From Minisyncoccota bacterium (GTDB lineage Bacteria > Patescibacteriota > Minisyncoccia > Phycocordibacterales > UBA2100), in the NCBI GenBank assembly GCA_035500505.1, contig DATJXE010000004.1:126977-190976 (forward strand): a stretch of 64,000 bases of DNA, written 5' to 3'. Numbering within the stretch: position 1 is the stretch's first letter; each line of letters starts with the position of its first letter. The notes beneath the pieces were generated by a model. That model saw only the letters and a program-made list of their open reading frames with translations. It was not told the DNA's origin and made no database searches. The position numbers and the translations under genes were made by a program. Below are positions 9,702-19,256 of this stretch, one piece after another.

Positions 9702-10343
9702 TCAAACTGCCTCCGTGGACTGCCCAAAAAGGGCCTGCGCGGGGACGGCCCCCTCGCGCAGGACCCTGATATCCCCTTCGGAAACGTCGACGACGGTCGA
9801 GGGCAGCGCTTCGGGCAACTCTCCCGCATCTATCGCAAGGTCTATCATCGCGGCGCGCTCCCCAAGCTGTGCCACAATGCCTGCGACACTCCGCTCACTT
9901 GCGGCCCCCGCGACGTTGGCGCTGGTCGTCGTATACGGCGAACCAAAAGCCCTCGCGAGCGCGAGACAATAGTCGTTCTTCGGGATGCGGATGCCGATGG
10001 TTTCAATTTCTTTTGCGATGCCGGTAGTGAATTCCTGATTCTTTTTTAAAATGAGGGTCAAAGGCCCCGGCAGGAATTTCTCCGCGAGCGAGCGCGCAAG
10101 CTCGTTCACCTCCGCATACTTCTCTACCATCGCGAGATTGGCGACGACGCAATGGACGGGCTTCTTCTCATCGCGGCCCTTGATGGCATACACTTTGGCG
10201 ACCGCTTCGTCGGAAAAAGCGTGTGCTCCGAGGCCGTACAACGTGTCCGTAGGGTACAAAACCACCCCGCCCGCCCGCAGCACTTCTGCCGCACGGCCAA
10301 CCGCCTCACCGATATTCCCTGCCGTCAACGAAATAGTTTCCAA
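9702..10343 (-). CDS. tsaC: L-threonylcarbamoyladenylate synthase (TsaC/YrdC)
   Basis: VLYPTDTLYGLG, KGR..KP, PGPLTLIL, IGIRIP, TTSAN, PSTVVD; TTG start. Confidence 0.95.
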   Translation of the reverse strand: METISLTAGNIGEAVGRAAEVLRAGGVVLYPTDTLYGLGAHAFSDEAVAKVYAIKGRDEKKPVHCVVANLAMVEKYAEVNELARSLAEKFLPGPLTLILKKNQEFTTGIAKEIETIGIRIPKNDYCLALARAFGSPYTTTSANVAGAASERSVAGIVAQLGERAAMIDLAIDAGELPEALPSTVVDVSEGDIRVLREGAVPAQALFGQSTEAV

Positions 10344-10344
10344 G

Positions 10345-10416
10345 TGCGCGGTAAAGGGATCGAACCTTTGGCCCTCGTCACGTCAAGACGATGCTCTACC
10401 ACTGAGCTAACCGCGC
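10345..10416 (-). tRNA. tRNA-Val(GAC)
   Basis: GCGCGGT acceptor, TCGTC-TT-GAC-GT-GACGA, GGTTCGATCC; no CCA. Confidence 0.95.
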
Positions 10417-10561
10417 AATATTGTCGCAAACGAACTGTACGCCCCCAACTCCAGTAAGCCGCATCGTCCACCGGAGCCAACCACGCACTACCCTCACAAG
10501 GATTCCACTATACCTAGCCCGAGCGGTCTTTTCAACGTGGCAAACATGTTTAAATATCCTC

Positions 10562-11980
10562 ATGATTCTCGGGGTCGAAGAATCGGCTCTTGCTTTTGCC
10601 GCAATAGCAAATTTTGCAATTGGCTTGTATGTGTTCCTTTCCAACCCAGCCGACAATGTAAGGAGGGCTTTCTTTCTCTTTGTTGGTGGGACATCAATAT
10701 GGATCGGAGGATTTCTCACACTTCAGGCGACGCGTGATTTTGATTTAGACCCAATCACGCAATTCGGCGGACTGGCGGGAGCACTGGGGCTCATCCTATT
10801 CGCTCAATGGTTTCCAAGGCCGCAACTCCTTCCGGTACGCCCATTACTCCTCTACGCACCCTTCCCTATTGCCGCCCTCGGCATCATCCCCTGGCATTTT
10901 ATCGTTTCCGATATTCGAGCGCTTCCGGGGGGAGGGTTTGATCCAGTTCCAGGACCGCTTGCCGGTATATGGATGTTACTCATTGGTTCCTATGTGATTG
11001 CTGCCATCTACCTATTTTATGTACACTTACGCACAGCCCGCGGAAAAGAATACGAGCAGTTACTCCGTGTCTCTTTGGGAATCGGATTTTCCTCAATAAC
11101 CGCATTCGTATGCGATGTACTCCTTCCCGCAGCCGGCATATCGGGCTTAAAAGAACTAGGTCCGTTATCATCTGTCGTTTGTGTTGGGATGATCGCATAT
11201 GCGATCATGCGACACGAACTCATGGACATCCGTGGTGCCTTCAGGGAGGCACAGGGTCGCGCGCTCGAACTAGAACGTAAGGTTGCTGAGCGGACGCGAG
11301 AATTACAAGAATTGCAAGACCGGCAGAATCGAATGATGCTTGAAATCGCACATGGGCTCCAAACTCCGCTTGCCGTATTTCAAACCAAACTTGAGAAGTT
11401 AAAGTCTGTGGACCGGTATACAAGGGACGTTGAAGGGTTGGAGCGCTCACTCATAGATCTTTCCGACTTCATTGAGGACTTACTTAAATTGGCCCGTCTG
11501 GAAACCAGAGCCAGAGAGATGCCTTTTGAGAAACTGTCCTTGACGAAACTCATTGAGGAAGTTACCGAGGAGCTCCGAACTATTGCCGCCCAAAAGGGCA
11601 TAAGTGTGATTTGCCATACCAAATTGGGTATTGAAGTGCTGGCTGACAAGAGGGAATTGCGTGCGGCAATCATGAATCTCGCTAATAACTCAATGAAGTA
11701 CATGGGGCAAGAGGGGCAGCGGGAAATAGTCTTTGCACTAAGTCAGAACTATGACTGTGCGGAGCTTATGATTCGGGACACCGGTATAGGAATCTCTGAG
11801 GAAGATATTCCGCGTATTTTTGATCGCTTTTACCGTGGGACCACCCAAGCCAGTGGGAACGGATTAGGACTGGCCATCTCCAAAAATATAGTCGAACGAC
11901 ACGACGGGAATATAATTGTGCGTAGCGAAGTTGGCTCCGGTACCACAGTAACAATAACACTGCCTCTTCTCCTGACTTAG
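10562..11980 (+). CDS. Orphan sensor histidine kinase with multi-TM N-terminus
   Basis: About 7 TM helices, H-box IAHGLQTPL, N-box NLANNSMKY, DTGIG, IFDRFYR, GNGLGL. Confidence 0.92.
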   Translation: MILGVEESALAFAAIANFAIGLYVFLSNPADNVRRAFFLFVGGTSIWIGGFLTLQATRDFDLDPITQFGGLAGALGLILFAQWFPRPQLLPVRPLLLYAPFPIAALGIIPWHFIVSDIRALPGGGFDPVPGPLAGIWMLLIGSYVIAAIYLFYVHLRTARGKEYEQLLRVSLGIGFSSITAFVCDVLLPAAGISGLKELGPLSSVVCVGMIAYAIMRHELMDIRGAFREAQGRALELERKVAERTRELQELQDRQNRMMLEIAHGLQTPLAVFQTKLEKLKSVDRYTRDVEGLERSLIDLSDFIEDLLKLARLETRAREMPFEKLSLTKLIEEVTEELRTIAAQKGISVICHTKLGIEVLADKRELRAAIMNLANNSMKYMGQEGQREIVFALSQNYDCAELMIRDTGIGISEEDIPRIFDRFYRGTTQASGNGLGLAISKNIVERHDGNIIVRSEVGSGTTVTITLPLLLT

Positions 11981-11986
11981 GAAATG

Positions 11987-12067
11987 TGCCGGAGGAGGGA
12001 CTCGAACCCTCACATCTTGCGATACACGATTTTGAGTCGTGCGTGTCTGCCATTCCACCACTCCGGC
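11987..12067 (-). tRNA. tRNA-Leu(CAA)
   Basis: GCCGGAG acceptor, CACGA-CT-CAA-AA-TCGTG, long variable arm, GTTCGAGTC. Confidence 0.95.
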
Positions 12068-12150
12068 CTCGCCCTTCAAAGCTTAAGCGACGAAGGGCAA
12101 TGGTCGACATGATACTTCATTTATCGTGTGATTTGAAGTACTGTAGCCCC

Positions 12151-13050
12151 ATGCAAAAAGTGCTCGTCATCGTCGGCCCGACCGCTTCGGGCAAGTCGGC
12201 GCTTGCCGTCGCCCTCGCGAAAAAGTTCAATGGCGAGGTCGTTTCGGCGGATTCGCGGCAAGTGTATCGCGGACTCGACATCGGCACCGGAAAAATAACG
12301 AGGCGGGAAATGCGCGGCGTGCCGCATCACTTACTCGACGTCGCATCGACCACGAGAAAATTCTCGGCCGGAGATTTTGCGGAACGCGCTCGCGCTGCGA
12401 TCCAAACAATATCAAAGCGTCACAAGCTCCCCGTCATCGCCGGCGGCACCGGTTTTTATATCGACGCGCTCATCGGGAGAATTTCCCTGCCGGAAGTAAA
12501 AGCCGACCCCGCACTCCGGGTCCGTTTGCAAAAGAAAACCGCCGCACAGCTCTACGTGATGCTCAAACAACGGGACCCGAAGCGCGCGAGGGCAATGCGT
12601 ACGCCGAGCGAACGCAACAACAAAGTACGCCTGATCCGCGCACTTGAAATAGCGACATCCAAGAAAGTTGCTGCGCAGCAAGCCCCTGCTTACGAAACAC
12701 TCTGGCTCGGTATCAAGCCTTCGCAAAGAGAACTAGAGCGTCGCATCCGCATGCGCCTCACAACGCGCATCCGGCAAGGTCTCATCGCTGAAGGCAGGCG
12801 TTTGCACGCGCACGGACTTTCTTACAAGCGCATGGAGGAACTCGGGCTCGAATATCGTTCGCTCTCGCGACTGCTGCAGAACAAGCTCTCAAAGAAAGCG
12901 TTCGAAGAAGAGCTCTTCCGTGACATCCGCCGCTACGCCAAAAAACAGCTCGCCTACTGGAAGCGCAATAGGGGCATCCGTTGGTATGCCCCTGAGCGAA
13001 AGCCTCGAATCATGCGCCATGTCGCGGCTTGGCTGAAAAGTGCAAAATAG
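12151..13050 (+). CDS. miaA: tRNA dimethylallyltransferase
   Basis: GPTASGKS, SADSRQVYRGLDIGTGK, PHHLLD, GGTGFY, YAKKQ. Confidence 0.97.
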   Translation: MQKVLVIVGPTASGKSALAVALAKKFNGEVVSADSRQVYRGLDIGTGKITRREMRGVPHHLLDVASTTRKFSAGDFAERARAAIQTISKRHKLPVIAGGTGFYIDALIGRISLPEVKADPALRVRLQKKTAAQLYVMLKQRDPKRARAMRTPSERNNKVRLIRALEIATSKKVAAQQAPAYETLWLGIKPSQRELERRIRMRLTTRIRQGLIAEGRRLHAHGLSYKRMEELGLEYRSLSRLLQNKLSKKAFEEELFRDIRRYAKKQLAYWKRNRGIRWYAPERKPRIMRHVAAWLKSAK

Positions 13051-13066
13051 AATATGATGCCCGCAA

Positions 13067-13137
13067 GGGCGATTAGTTAAATGGTATAACTTCGGTCTCC
13101 AAAACCGACGTCGGGGGTTCGATTCCCTCATCGCCCG
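13067..13137 (+). tRNA. tRNA-Trp(CCA)
   Basis: GGGCGAT/ATCGCCC acceptor, TCGGT-CT-CCA-AA-ACCGA, GTTCGATTC; followed by CAA, not CCA. Confidence 0.94.
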
Positions 13138-13142
13138 CAACT

Positions 13143-14282
13143 ATGAGAATCCTTGGCATCGAGACGTCCTGTGACGAGACGGCCGTGTGCGTTATTGAGG
13201 CGGACGGGGATTTTGGAACGAACTTCAAATTCAACGTGCTTGGCAATGCGCTTTTCTCGCAAGCAAAGCTGCACGAGCAATACGGCGGCGTGTTCCCCAA
13301 CGTAGCAAAGCGCGAACACGCGAAAAATCTCGTACCGCTTCTCTCGCGCATCTTGCCCGAAGGCGGGAAGACTGATGCCGACGATCAGGTTTTGCGGGAA
13401 CTTCTACACCGCGAGCCGGAGTTGTACGAACAGCTCACCGCGTTCTTTGCAACGCACGGAAAACCCGATATTGACGCTCTCGCGGTAACCTACGGCCCCG
13501 GACTTGAGCCATGCTTGTGGGTCGGCGTGAATTTCGCAAAAGCGCTCTCGCTCGCATGGAATGTCCCTATCGTCGGGGTCAATCACATGGAAGGCCACAT
13601 CGTGCTCTCGATGATGCAAAAGGAGCATCTCGCGCAATTCGAATTCCCACTGCTCGCGCTCCTCATTTCCGGCGGACACACTGAACTCGTCGTCTCAAAA
13701 GAATGGCTGCAGTACGAAGTCGTCGGACAAACGCGGGACGATGCGGCAGGCGAAGCGTTCGACAAAGTCGCGCGGCTCTTGGGACTTCCCTATCCCGGCG
13801 GGCCGGAAATTTCCAAACGTGCGGAAGAAGCGCGGCAAGGAAAACTCGTCAGTGAATTTTCTCTGCCCCGTCCCATGCTCCACGAAGACAATCTCGACTT
13901 TTCTTTCGCTGGATTGAAAACGGCGGTACGCAAGATCGTAGACGCGAATCCCTCGCTCTCGGACGATGCAAGGAAAGCTCTGGCGATGGAATTCGAGAAC
14001 GCGGTCGCCGACGTGCTTGTCGAGAAGACGCTGCGCGCGATAGACCAATTCGGCGCCAACACCATTGTCGTTGGCGGCGGCGTTTCCGCCAATACGTATA
14101 TTCGAGAACGACTGGCAAGTGCTCTGCGAGATGAAGGCGAGCCGGCAAAACTCCTCGTTCCGCCTCCCGACCTTGCAACCGACAACGCGCTCATGATAGC
14201 CCTCGCAGGCTATTTTCACGCACTCAAAAAAGACTATGTTTCAATCGAATACCTGCGTGCCAATGGCAATCTTCGGCTCTAG
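13143..14282 (+). CDS. tsaD: tRNA N6-adenosine threonylcarbamoyltransferase
   Basis: ILGIETSCDET, GPGL, NHMEGH, SGGHT, DDAAGEAFDK, DNALMIA. Confidence 0.97.
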   Translation: MRILGIETSCDETAVCVIEADGDFGTNFKFNVLGNALFSQAKLHEQYGGVFPNVAKREHAKNLVPLLSRILPEGGKTDADDQVLRELLHREPELYEQLTAFFATHGKPDIDALAVTYGPGLEPCLWVGVNFAKALSLAWNVPIVGVNHMEGHIVLSMMQKEHLAQFEFPLLALLISGGHTELVVSKEWLQYEVVGQTRDDAAGEAFDKVARLLGLPYPGGPEISKRAEEARQGKLVSEFSLPRPMLHEDNLDFSFAGLKTAVRKIVDANPSLSDDARKALAMEFENAVADVLVEKTLRAIDQFGANTIVVGGGVSANTYIRERLASALRDEGEPAKLLVPPPDLATDNALMIALAGYFHALKKDYVSIEYLRANGNLRL

Positions 14283-14356
14283 TTGACACTCGCGGCATTA
14301 AAATGCAAAGTGCCAGACAGGTCCGCACCCCTGCGGCCTCAATCAGGGAGTTCTCC

Positions 14357-15352
14357 ATGGATAAGGTAACGATCCGCCACCTTGCCGGTGGCTTCTTCGG
14401 CGGCGTACTCGGAATCCTCGCATTCGGCTACTTCGGCACAGCGCTGATGGTTGTCGGTTGCCTCGTCGGCTCCGCCGGCGGCTTCTGGCACGATGTCGTC
14501 TGGCAGACGATCGTAAGCGAGTTGCAGAAAAAGGACCGGCGTTTCTCTGCCCCGCACCCGCTCTTCTTCGCCTTCGCGACCGAACTGCTCATGCTAGTGC
14601 CGCTCTGCATCTCGGCAGGAGCATTCCTGATCGGCATGTATTACGTCGCCTACCTGTTGGCTGGCGATACTTGGATGACGATTACTTGGGCAGTGCTGTG
14701 GGGAATTGGCACAGTCTTCGGATTTGTCTTCAACGCTATGCTCTTCGTCGGAACACTTAACAAGGACGTTTTCCGCCGAAAGGCAGCTAGTGCCCGAGAC
14801 CTCAAGCCCTTCTACGAGCATTGGCAACAGTGGAGCGAGAAAAGCTTCGGCCGGTACATGATCGAAGTTTACGTCGATCTGCTGAAAGGTCAGGTCGTCG
14901 TCATGGCTTTCCTGTTTGGCCTGTTCTGTTTTATTCTGGCAGCGATTTTTGTCATGATCCTACCGGGGTTCGTGATTGCTGTCGGATGTGGGCTCGGCAA
15001 AGGGACGGTGCTGGCAGTGCGCCGCGGCGGCTATTGGATCTGCTTCGTCGTTTCGCTAACGACGACGACAAGCTTCATCTACCTGATGTACGGGCGGCTC
15101 GGTGACACTGTGACGCTGCTTGTCACCGCACTCGCTGTCGGTGCAGTATCGGCCGCGGGCTCCGAGGCGATTCACCAGGGAATGCGCTGGCTGCTCGCAC
15201 ATCATCCTTACCTGATGAAAATTGGTCGCCTAAAAGTCCATATGCTTTCAGGAGCCTATATGGAAACTTCCGAGGACTACTTGGAGAAACTCAGTGGGAA
15301 GGTCTTGGAGGCCATGTCCTTTCCCTGGATCCAGCCGAAGTATCTCAAGTGA
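14357..15352 (+). CDS. Hypothetical polytopic membrane protein (ORFan)
   Basis: Multiple TM segments; TTGACA promoter and GGGAG SD upstream; hairpin 15368-15393 downstream. Confidence 0.75.
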   Translation: MDKVTIRHLAGGFFGGVLGILAFGYFGTALMVVGCLVGSAGGFWHDVVWQTIVSELQKKDRRFSAPHPLFFAFATELLMLVPLCISAGAFLIGMYYVAYLLAGDTWMTITWAVLWGIGTVFGFVFNAMLFVGTLNKDVFRRKAASARDLKPFYEHWQQWSEKSFGRYMIEVYVDLLKGQVVVMAFLFGLFCFILAAIFVMILPGFVIAVGCGLGKGTVLAVRRGGYWICFVVSLTTTTSFIYLMYGRLGDTVTLLVTALAVGAVSAAGSEAIHQGMRWLLAHHPYLMKIGRLKVHMLSGAYMETSEDYLEKLSGKVLEAMSFPWIQPKYLK

Positions 15353-15427
15353 TCGGCGGGAAAATCGGAGGCCGGGCGGCGACGCCCGGTCTCTTTGTTT
15401 TGGCTCTTTATGCTAGGATTCCCAGAT

Positions 15428-17584
15428 ATGGAGCCATCCAAAGCGCCTGACGTATTCCTGAAGCCCTTCAACCCTGCCGAGCAGGAACTACGTATGCGCA
15501 CGCTCTGGGACGAGTACGGCTATGCCAATCCGGACGTCTGCGTTGAGAAAGGCATCACGAAAAAGGACGCGGAGAGTTACTCCATCGTCCTCCCCCCGCC
15601 CAACGTAACAGGGACTCTACATATGGGCCACGCGGCCATGCTCGCCATCGAAGACATCCTCATCCGCTACCATCGCATGCGCGATTACAAGACGCTGTGG
15701 GTCCCCGGCACCGACTCCGCTGCGATCGCAACACAGGCGAAAGTCGAGGACACTATTTACAAAAAAGAAAAGAAAACGCGGCACGACATCGGGCGCGAAG
15801 AACTGATGAAGCGCATCACGGAATTCACCGACGAGAGCAAATCGACCATCATCAACCAAGTGAAAATGATGGGCTCATCGCTCGACTGGTCGCGCTACGC
15901 CTACACGATGGACGACAAGCGCAATGCGGCTGTCACCGAAGCGTTCGTGCGCATGTACGAAATGGGACTCATCTATCGCGGCGACCGCATCGTCAACTGG
16001 GACCCAAAACTGCAGACGACCGTCTCCGACGACGAAATCGAGTACGTCGAGAAAAAAGACCCTTTCTACTATTTTCAGTACGGTCCGTTCGTGATAGGCA
16101 CGGTGCGCCCGGAAACCAAATTCGGCGACAAATACGTAGTGATGCATCCGGATGACAAACGGTACAAAGACTACCAACACGGGCAGACAATCGAACTCGA
16201 ATGGATAAACGGCCCCATCACCGCGACCGTCATCAAGGATGAAGCGGCGGATATGGAGACCGGTTCCGGGGTCATGACGATAACGCCCGCACACTCGGTC
16301 ATCGACTTCGACATCGCGCAGAAACACAAGCTCGACATCGAGCAAGTTATCGACGAGCGCGGCATCCTCCTCCCCATCGCCGGAGAATTCGCCGGACAGC
16401 ACATCAAGAAAGCTCGCGCGGCCATCGTCGAGAAATTACAGAAGAAAGGCCTCGTCGTGAAGATCGACGAGCACTACGTTCACAACGTGGCAACCAACAG
16501 CCGTGGCGGCGGCATCATCGAGCCGCAAATAAAGCGGCAGTGGTTCATTGCGGTGGACAAAAAAGTGAAGCTGCCGAACGGCGAGACGAAAACGATGAAG
16601 GAGCACATGCGCGAGGCCGTTGAGTCCGGAACGATACAGATACTGCCGCAACATTTCGAAAAAATATACTTCCATTGGACGGAGATATTGCGCGACTGGT
16701 GCATTTCGCGACAGATATGGTTCGGGCATCGCATCCCGGCGTGGTACAGGGGCGACGAAGTTCACGTCGGGCGCGAAGCGCCCAAGGGTGATGGGTGGGA
16801 ACAAGACCCGGACGTGCTCGACACCTGGTTTTCTTCGGGGCTTTGGACTTTTTCGACGCTCGGCTGGCCCGAAAACACTCCTGATCTGAAGACCTATCAC
16901 CCTACATCGGTACTTGAAACCGGTTACGACATCCTGTTCTTCTGGGTCGCGCGCATGGTGCTCATGACAGGCGCGCTTTTGGGCGATATCCCCTTCAAGA
17001 AGGTGTACTTGCACGGGCTCGTGCGCGACGGCCAGGGCCGCAAGATGTCGAAGTCGCTCGATAACATCATCGATCCGTTGGACATGATAGAAAAGTTCGG
17101 CGCCGACGCGACGCGCCTCTCGCTCATCATCGGCGCGTCGATCGGCAACGACCTGAAGCTCTCCGAAGACCGCGTGCGTGGCTACAAGCACTTCGCCAAC
17201 AAGGTCTGGAACATCGCACGGTTCGTTCTTGAAAATGTCGAGCAGGGTGAAATCAACGCCGCCGACCAGGAACTACTTCGCGAGGCGGAGCGCAAAGCGG
17301 CGGAGGTTTCGCAATACATCAACGAATTCCGGCTCGACCTTGCCGCCGATGCCGTCTACCACTTTGTTTGGCATCGGTTCGCGGATGAGATTCTCGAAGA
17401 GTCGAAACCTATCTTGAAAAACCACGATGCGGCAAGCCTCAGCCGCGCCGCCGCCCTGCATGAGATACTCCTGATATCATTGAAGCTACTGCACCCCTTC
17501 ATGCCCTTCGTTACTGAAGCGATCTGGCAAGAGCTGCCGCACAGGGAATCCGACCTTCTCATGGTCGCCAAGTGGCCGATATGA
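15428..17584 (+). CDS. valS: Valine--tRNA ligase (no C-terminal coiled coil)
   Basis: PPPNVTGTLHMGH, DWCISRQIWFGHRIP, DVLDTWFSS, KMSKS. Confidence 0.97.
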   Translation: MEPSKAPDVFLKPFNPAEQELRMRTLWDEYGYANPDVCVEKGITKKDAESYSIVLPPPNVTGTLHMGHAAMLAIEDILIRYHRMRDYKTLWVPGTDSAAIATQAKVEDTIYKKEKKTRHDIGREELMKRITEFTDESKSTIINQVKMMGSSLDWSRYAYTMDDKRNAAVTEAFVRMYEMGLIYRGDRIVNWDPKLQTTVSDDEIEYVEKKDPFYYFQYGPFVIGTVRPETKFGDKYVVMHPDDKRYKDYQHGQTIELEWINGPITATVIKDEAADMETGSGVMTITPAHSVIDFDIAQKHKLDIEQVIDERGILLPIAGEFAGQHIKKARAAIVEKLQKKGLVVKIDEHYVHNVATNSRGGGIIEPQIKRQWFIAVDKKVKLPNGETKTMKEHMREAVESGTIQILPQHFEKIYFHWTEILRDWCISRQIWFGHRIPAWYRGDEVHVGREAPKGDGWEQDPDVLDTWFSSGLWTFSTLGWPENTPDLKTYHPTSVLETGYDILFFWVARMVLMTGALLGDIPFKKVYLHGLVRDGQGRKMSKSLDNIIDPLDMIEKFGADATRLSLIIGASIGNDLKLSEDRVRGYKHFANKVWNIARFVLENVEQGEINAADQELLREAERKAAEVSQYINEFRLDLAADAVYHFVWHRFADEILEESKPILKNHDAASLSRAAALHEILLISLKLLHPFMPFVTEAIWQELPHRESDLLMVAKWPI

Positions 17585-18276
17585 CAGAGACCGAACCAAC
17601 CGCCATCGCGCTTGCGATCGCCGCCGGCTTTTTCCCGGCGCTCGCGTGGTTGTGGTTCTGGCTGCGAGAGGATTCTGAACATCCGGAGCCGCGACGTCTC
17701 ATCGCGCTCGCGTTCTTGGGAGGCATGGTGATGGTTGCGGTCGTCATTCCCATCGAGGAATACGTACAAGGCTTCATCGTCTCGCAAGCGCTCCTTTTCA
17801 CCGCGTGGTCCACCATCGAAGAGGTCTGCAAGTACGTCTCCGCACGCGCGCTGGTGCTCTGGCGCCGCGACGACGATGAACCCATCGATCCGGTCATCTA
17901 CATGGTGGTCACCGCACTCGGGTTTTCCGCCGTTGAGAACGCACTATTCCTTTTCTCCCCGCTTGCCGGCGGCACGGTCCTTTCGACCATCCAGACGGGA
18001 GACTTGCGCTTTGTTGGGGCCACGCTCGTGCACGTCCTCGCCTCGGCAGTGGTCGGCGTCATGCTCGCCATCACCTTTTATGAGAGTAGAAAATGGGTCC
18101 GGCGGTTCGCCGTCTTCATCGGAGTTATCCTCGCGGCGCTTTTGCATAGCACCTTCAATTTCTTTATACTGAATGCGGGGTCAGAACAGACGCTCCTCGT
18201 GCTTACCTTCGTGTGGGCGGGCGTTATAGCCCTCTTGGCCGTTCTGGAGTGGGTCAAGCGGTTCCGACCTCGATAA
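17581..18276 (+). CDS. prsW: PrsW-family intramembrane metalloprotease
   Basis: HPEP, IEEVCK, ALGFSAVEN, LVHVL, LLHSTFN. Confidence 0.92.
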   Translation: MTETEPTAIALAIAAGFFPALAWLWFWLREDSEHPEPRRLIALAFLGGMVMVAVVIPIEEYVQGFIVSQALLFTAWSTIEEVCKYVSARALVLWRRDDDEPIDPVIYMVVTALGFSAVENALFLFSPLAGGTVLSTIQTGDLRFVGATLVHVLASAVVGVMLAITFYESRKWVRRFAVFIGVILAALLHSTFNFFILNAGSEQTLLVLTFVWAGVIALLAVLEWVKRFRPR

Positions 18277-18310
18277 CCATACTATCCATTATTAGCGCAA
18301 CGATTTCGAT

Positions 18311-18802
18311 ATGAAAAAGTCGGGTTTTTTCTCAAGATTGACGGGCAAGTCCGACGATTACGGCGAGTACCTCGACGAGCTCGAGGGCGCGCACGCCAAG
18401 TTCGAAGGCGATGGCGAGGAACGTCACGCGCACATCAACACGCGCAACGAGGAGTGGTCTTCCGACGAGCCGGGCGGCGAATTGGCCGTCGACGTCTACC
18501 AAACGCCGGAAGCTATCGTCGTGAAGGCTTTCATCGCCGGCGTCCAGCCGACCTCCATCGATATTTCCCTCACCCGCGAAATGGTGACCATTTCAGGCCA
18601 GCGCCAGGACGAACGCGAGGTGGACGAGGATGACTATTTCCAGCGCGAGCTCTACTGGGGTTCGTTCTCCCGCACCATACTCCTGCCCGAAGAAGTCGAT
18701 GTGGACATGGCGGAAGCCTCCGAAAAACACGGTATTTTGATGATCCGCTTACCGAAGGTGAATAAAGGGAAACAGACCAAATTGAAGGTCCGGAGCCGTT
18801 AA
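18311..18802 (+). CDS. Hsp20/alpha-crystallin small heat-shock protein
   Basis: LAVDVYQT, ELYWGSFSRTILLP, GILMIRLPK. Confidence 0.93.
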   Translation: MKKSGFFSRLTGKSDDYGEYLDELEGAHAKFEGDGEERHAHINTRNEEWSSDEPGGELAVDVYQTPEAIVVKAFIAGVQPTSIDISLTREMVTISGQRQDEREVDEDDYFQRELYWGSFSRTILLPEEVDVDMAEASEKHGILMIRLPKVNKGKQTKLKVRSR

Positions 18803-18805
18803 CTC

Positions 18806-18829
18806 AAAGGGCGCCTCTCGGCGCCCTTT
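18806..18829. terminator. Hairpin between convergent genes
   Basis: aaagggcgcc-tctc-ggcgcccttt. Confidence 0.7.
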
Positions 18830-18845
18830 AAAACTACAACATTGA

Positions 18846-19169
18846 CTACAGGGTCTTTGGAAAAACGCCGAGTAGGTGAAAAACTTTATTAACCAGATCC
18901 CTATCTGTTGTTCGTACAATATTGTCTTCGAGAGCAAATTCCGCGAGAATCGTAACCGAAACTCTATAGGTCGGTGTCAATGCTTCTTCTTTGGAATCTT
19001 TTTCAATACCGAGAAGATCGACATACCTCATGTATTCCGACGACTTACGCCTTGATACTGTTTCGGATGATTCCTCAATCCGATTCTCGACGCTATCGAT
19101 GAACTTTGTTAGCGCAGCGATCCTGCACATATACAGGCCCGGAACCTTCAAAAGAACTGGCTTCCTCAT
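18846..19169 (-). CDS. Hypothetical protein (ORFan)
   Basis: 107 aa, GGGAG SD, TTGACA near 19250. Confidence 0.55.
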   Translation of the reverse strand: MRKPVLLKVPGLYMCRIAALTKFIDSVENRIEESSETVSRRKSSEYMRYVDLLGIEKDSKEEALTPTYRVSVTILAEFALEDNIVRTTDRDLVNKVFHLLGVFPKTL

Positions 19170-19256
19170 CTTTCTCTCCCTGTCTCAACGGTCCCGAATC
19201 ACTCGGAGACCTTGGACGCTGTCTCTATAAACCCTCCTGAACGAGCTGTCAATAAA

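Noticed and set aside
11986-12150. N-terminal extensions in the ORF track (miaA, also kinase, rnc, dnaG, carbonic anhydrase, MDR)
   Set aside because: They overlap tRNAs or neighbouring genes; downstream starts match family N-termini and promoter-like boxes.
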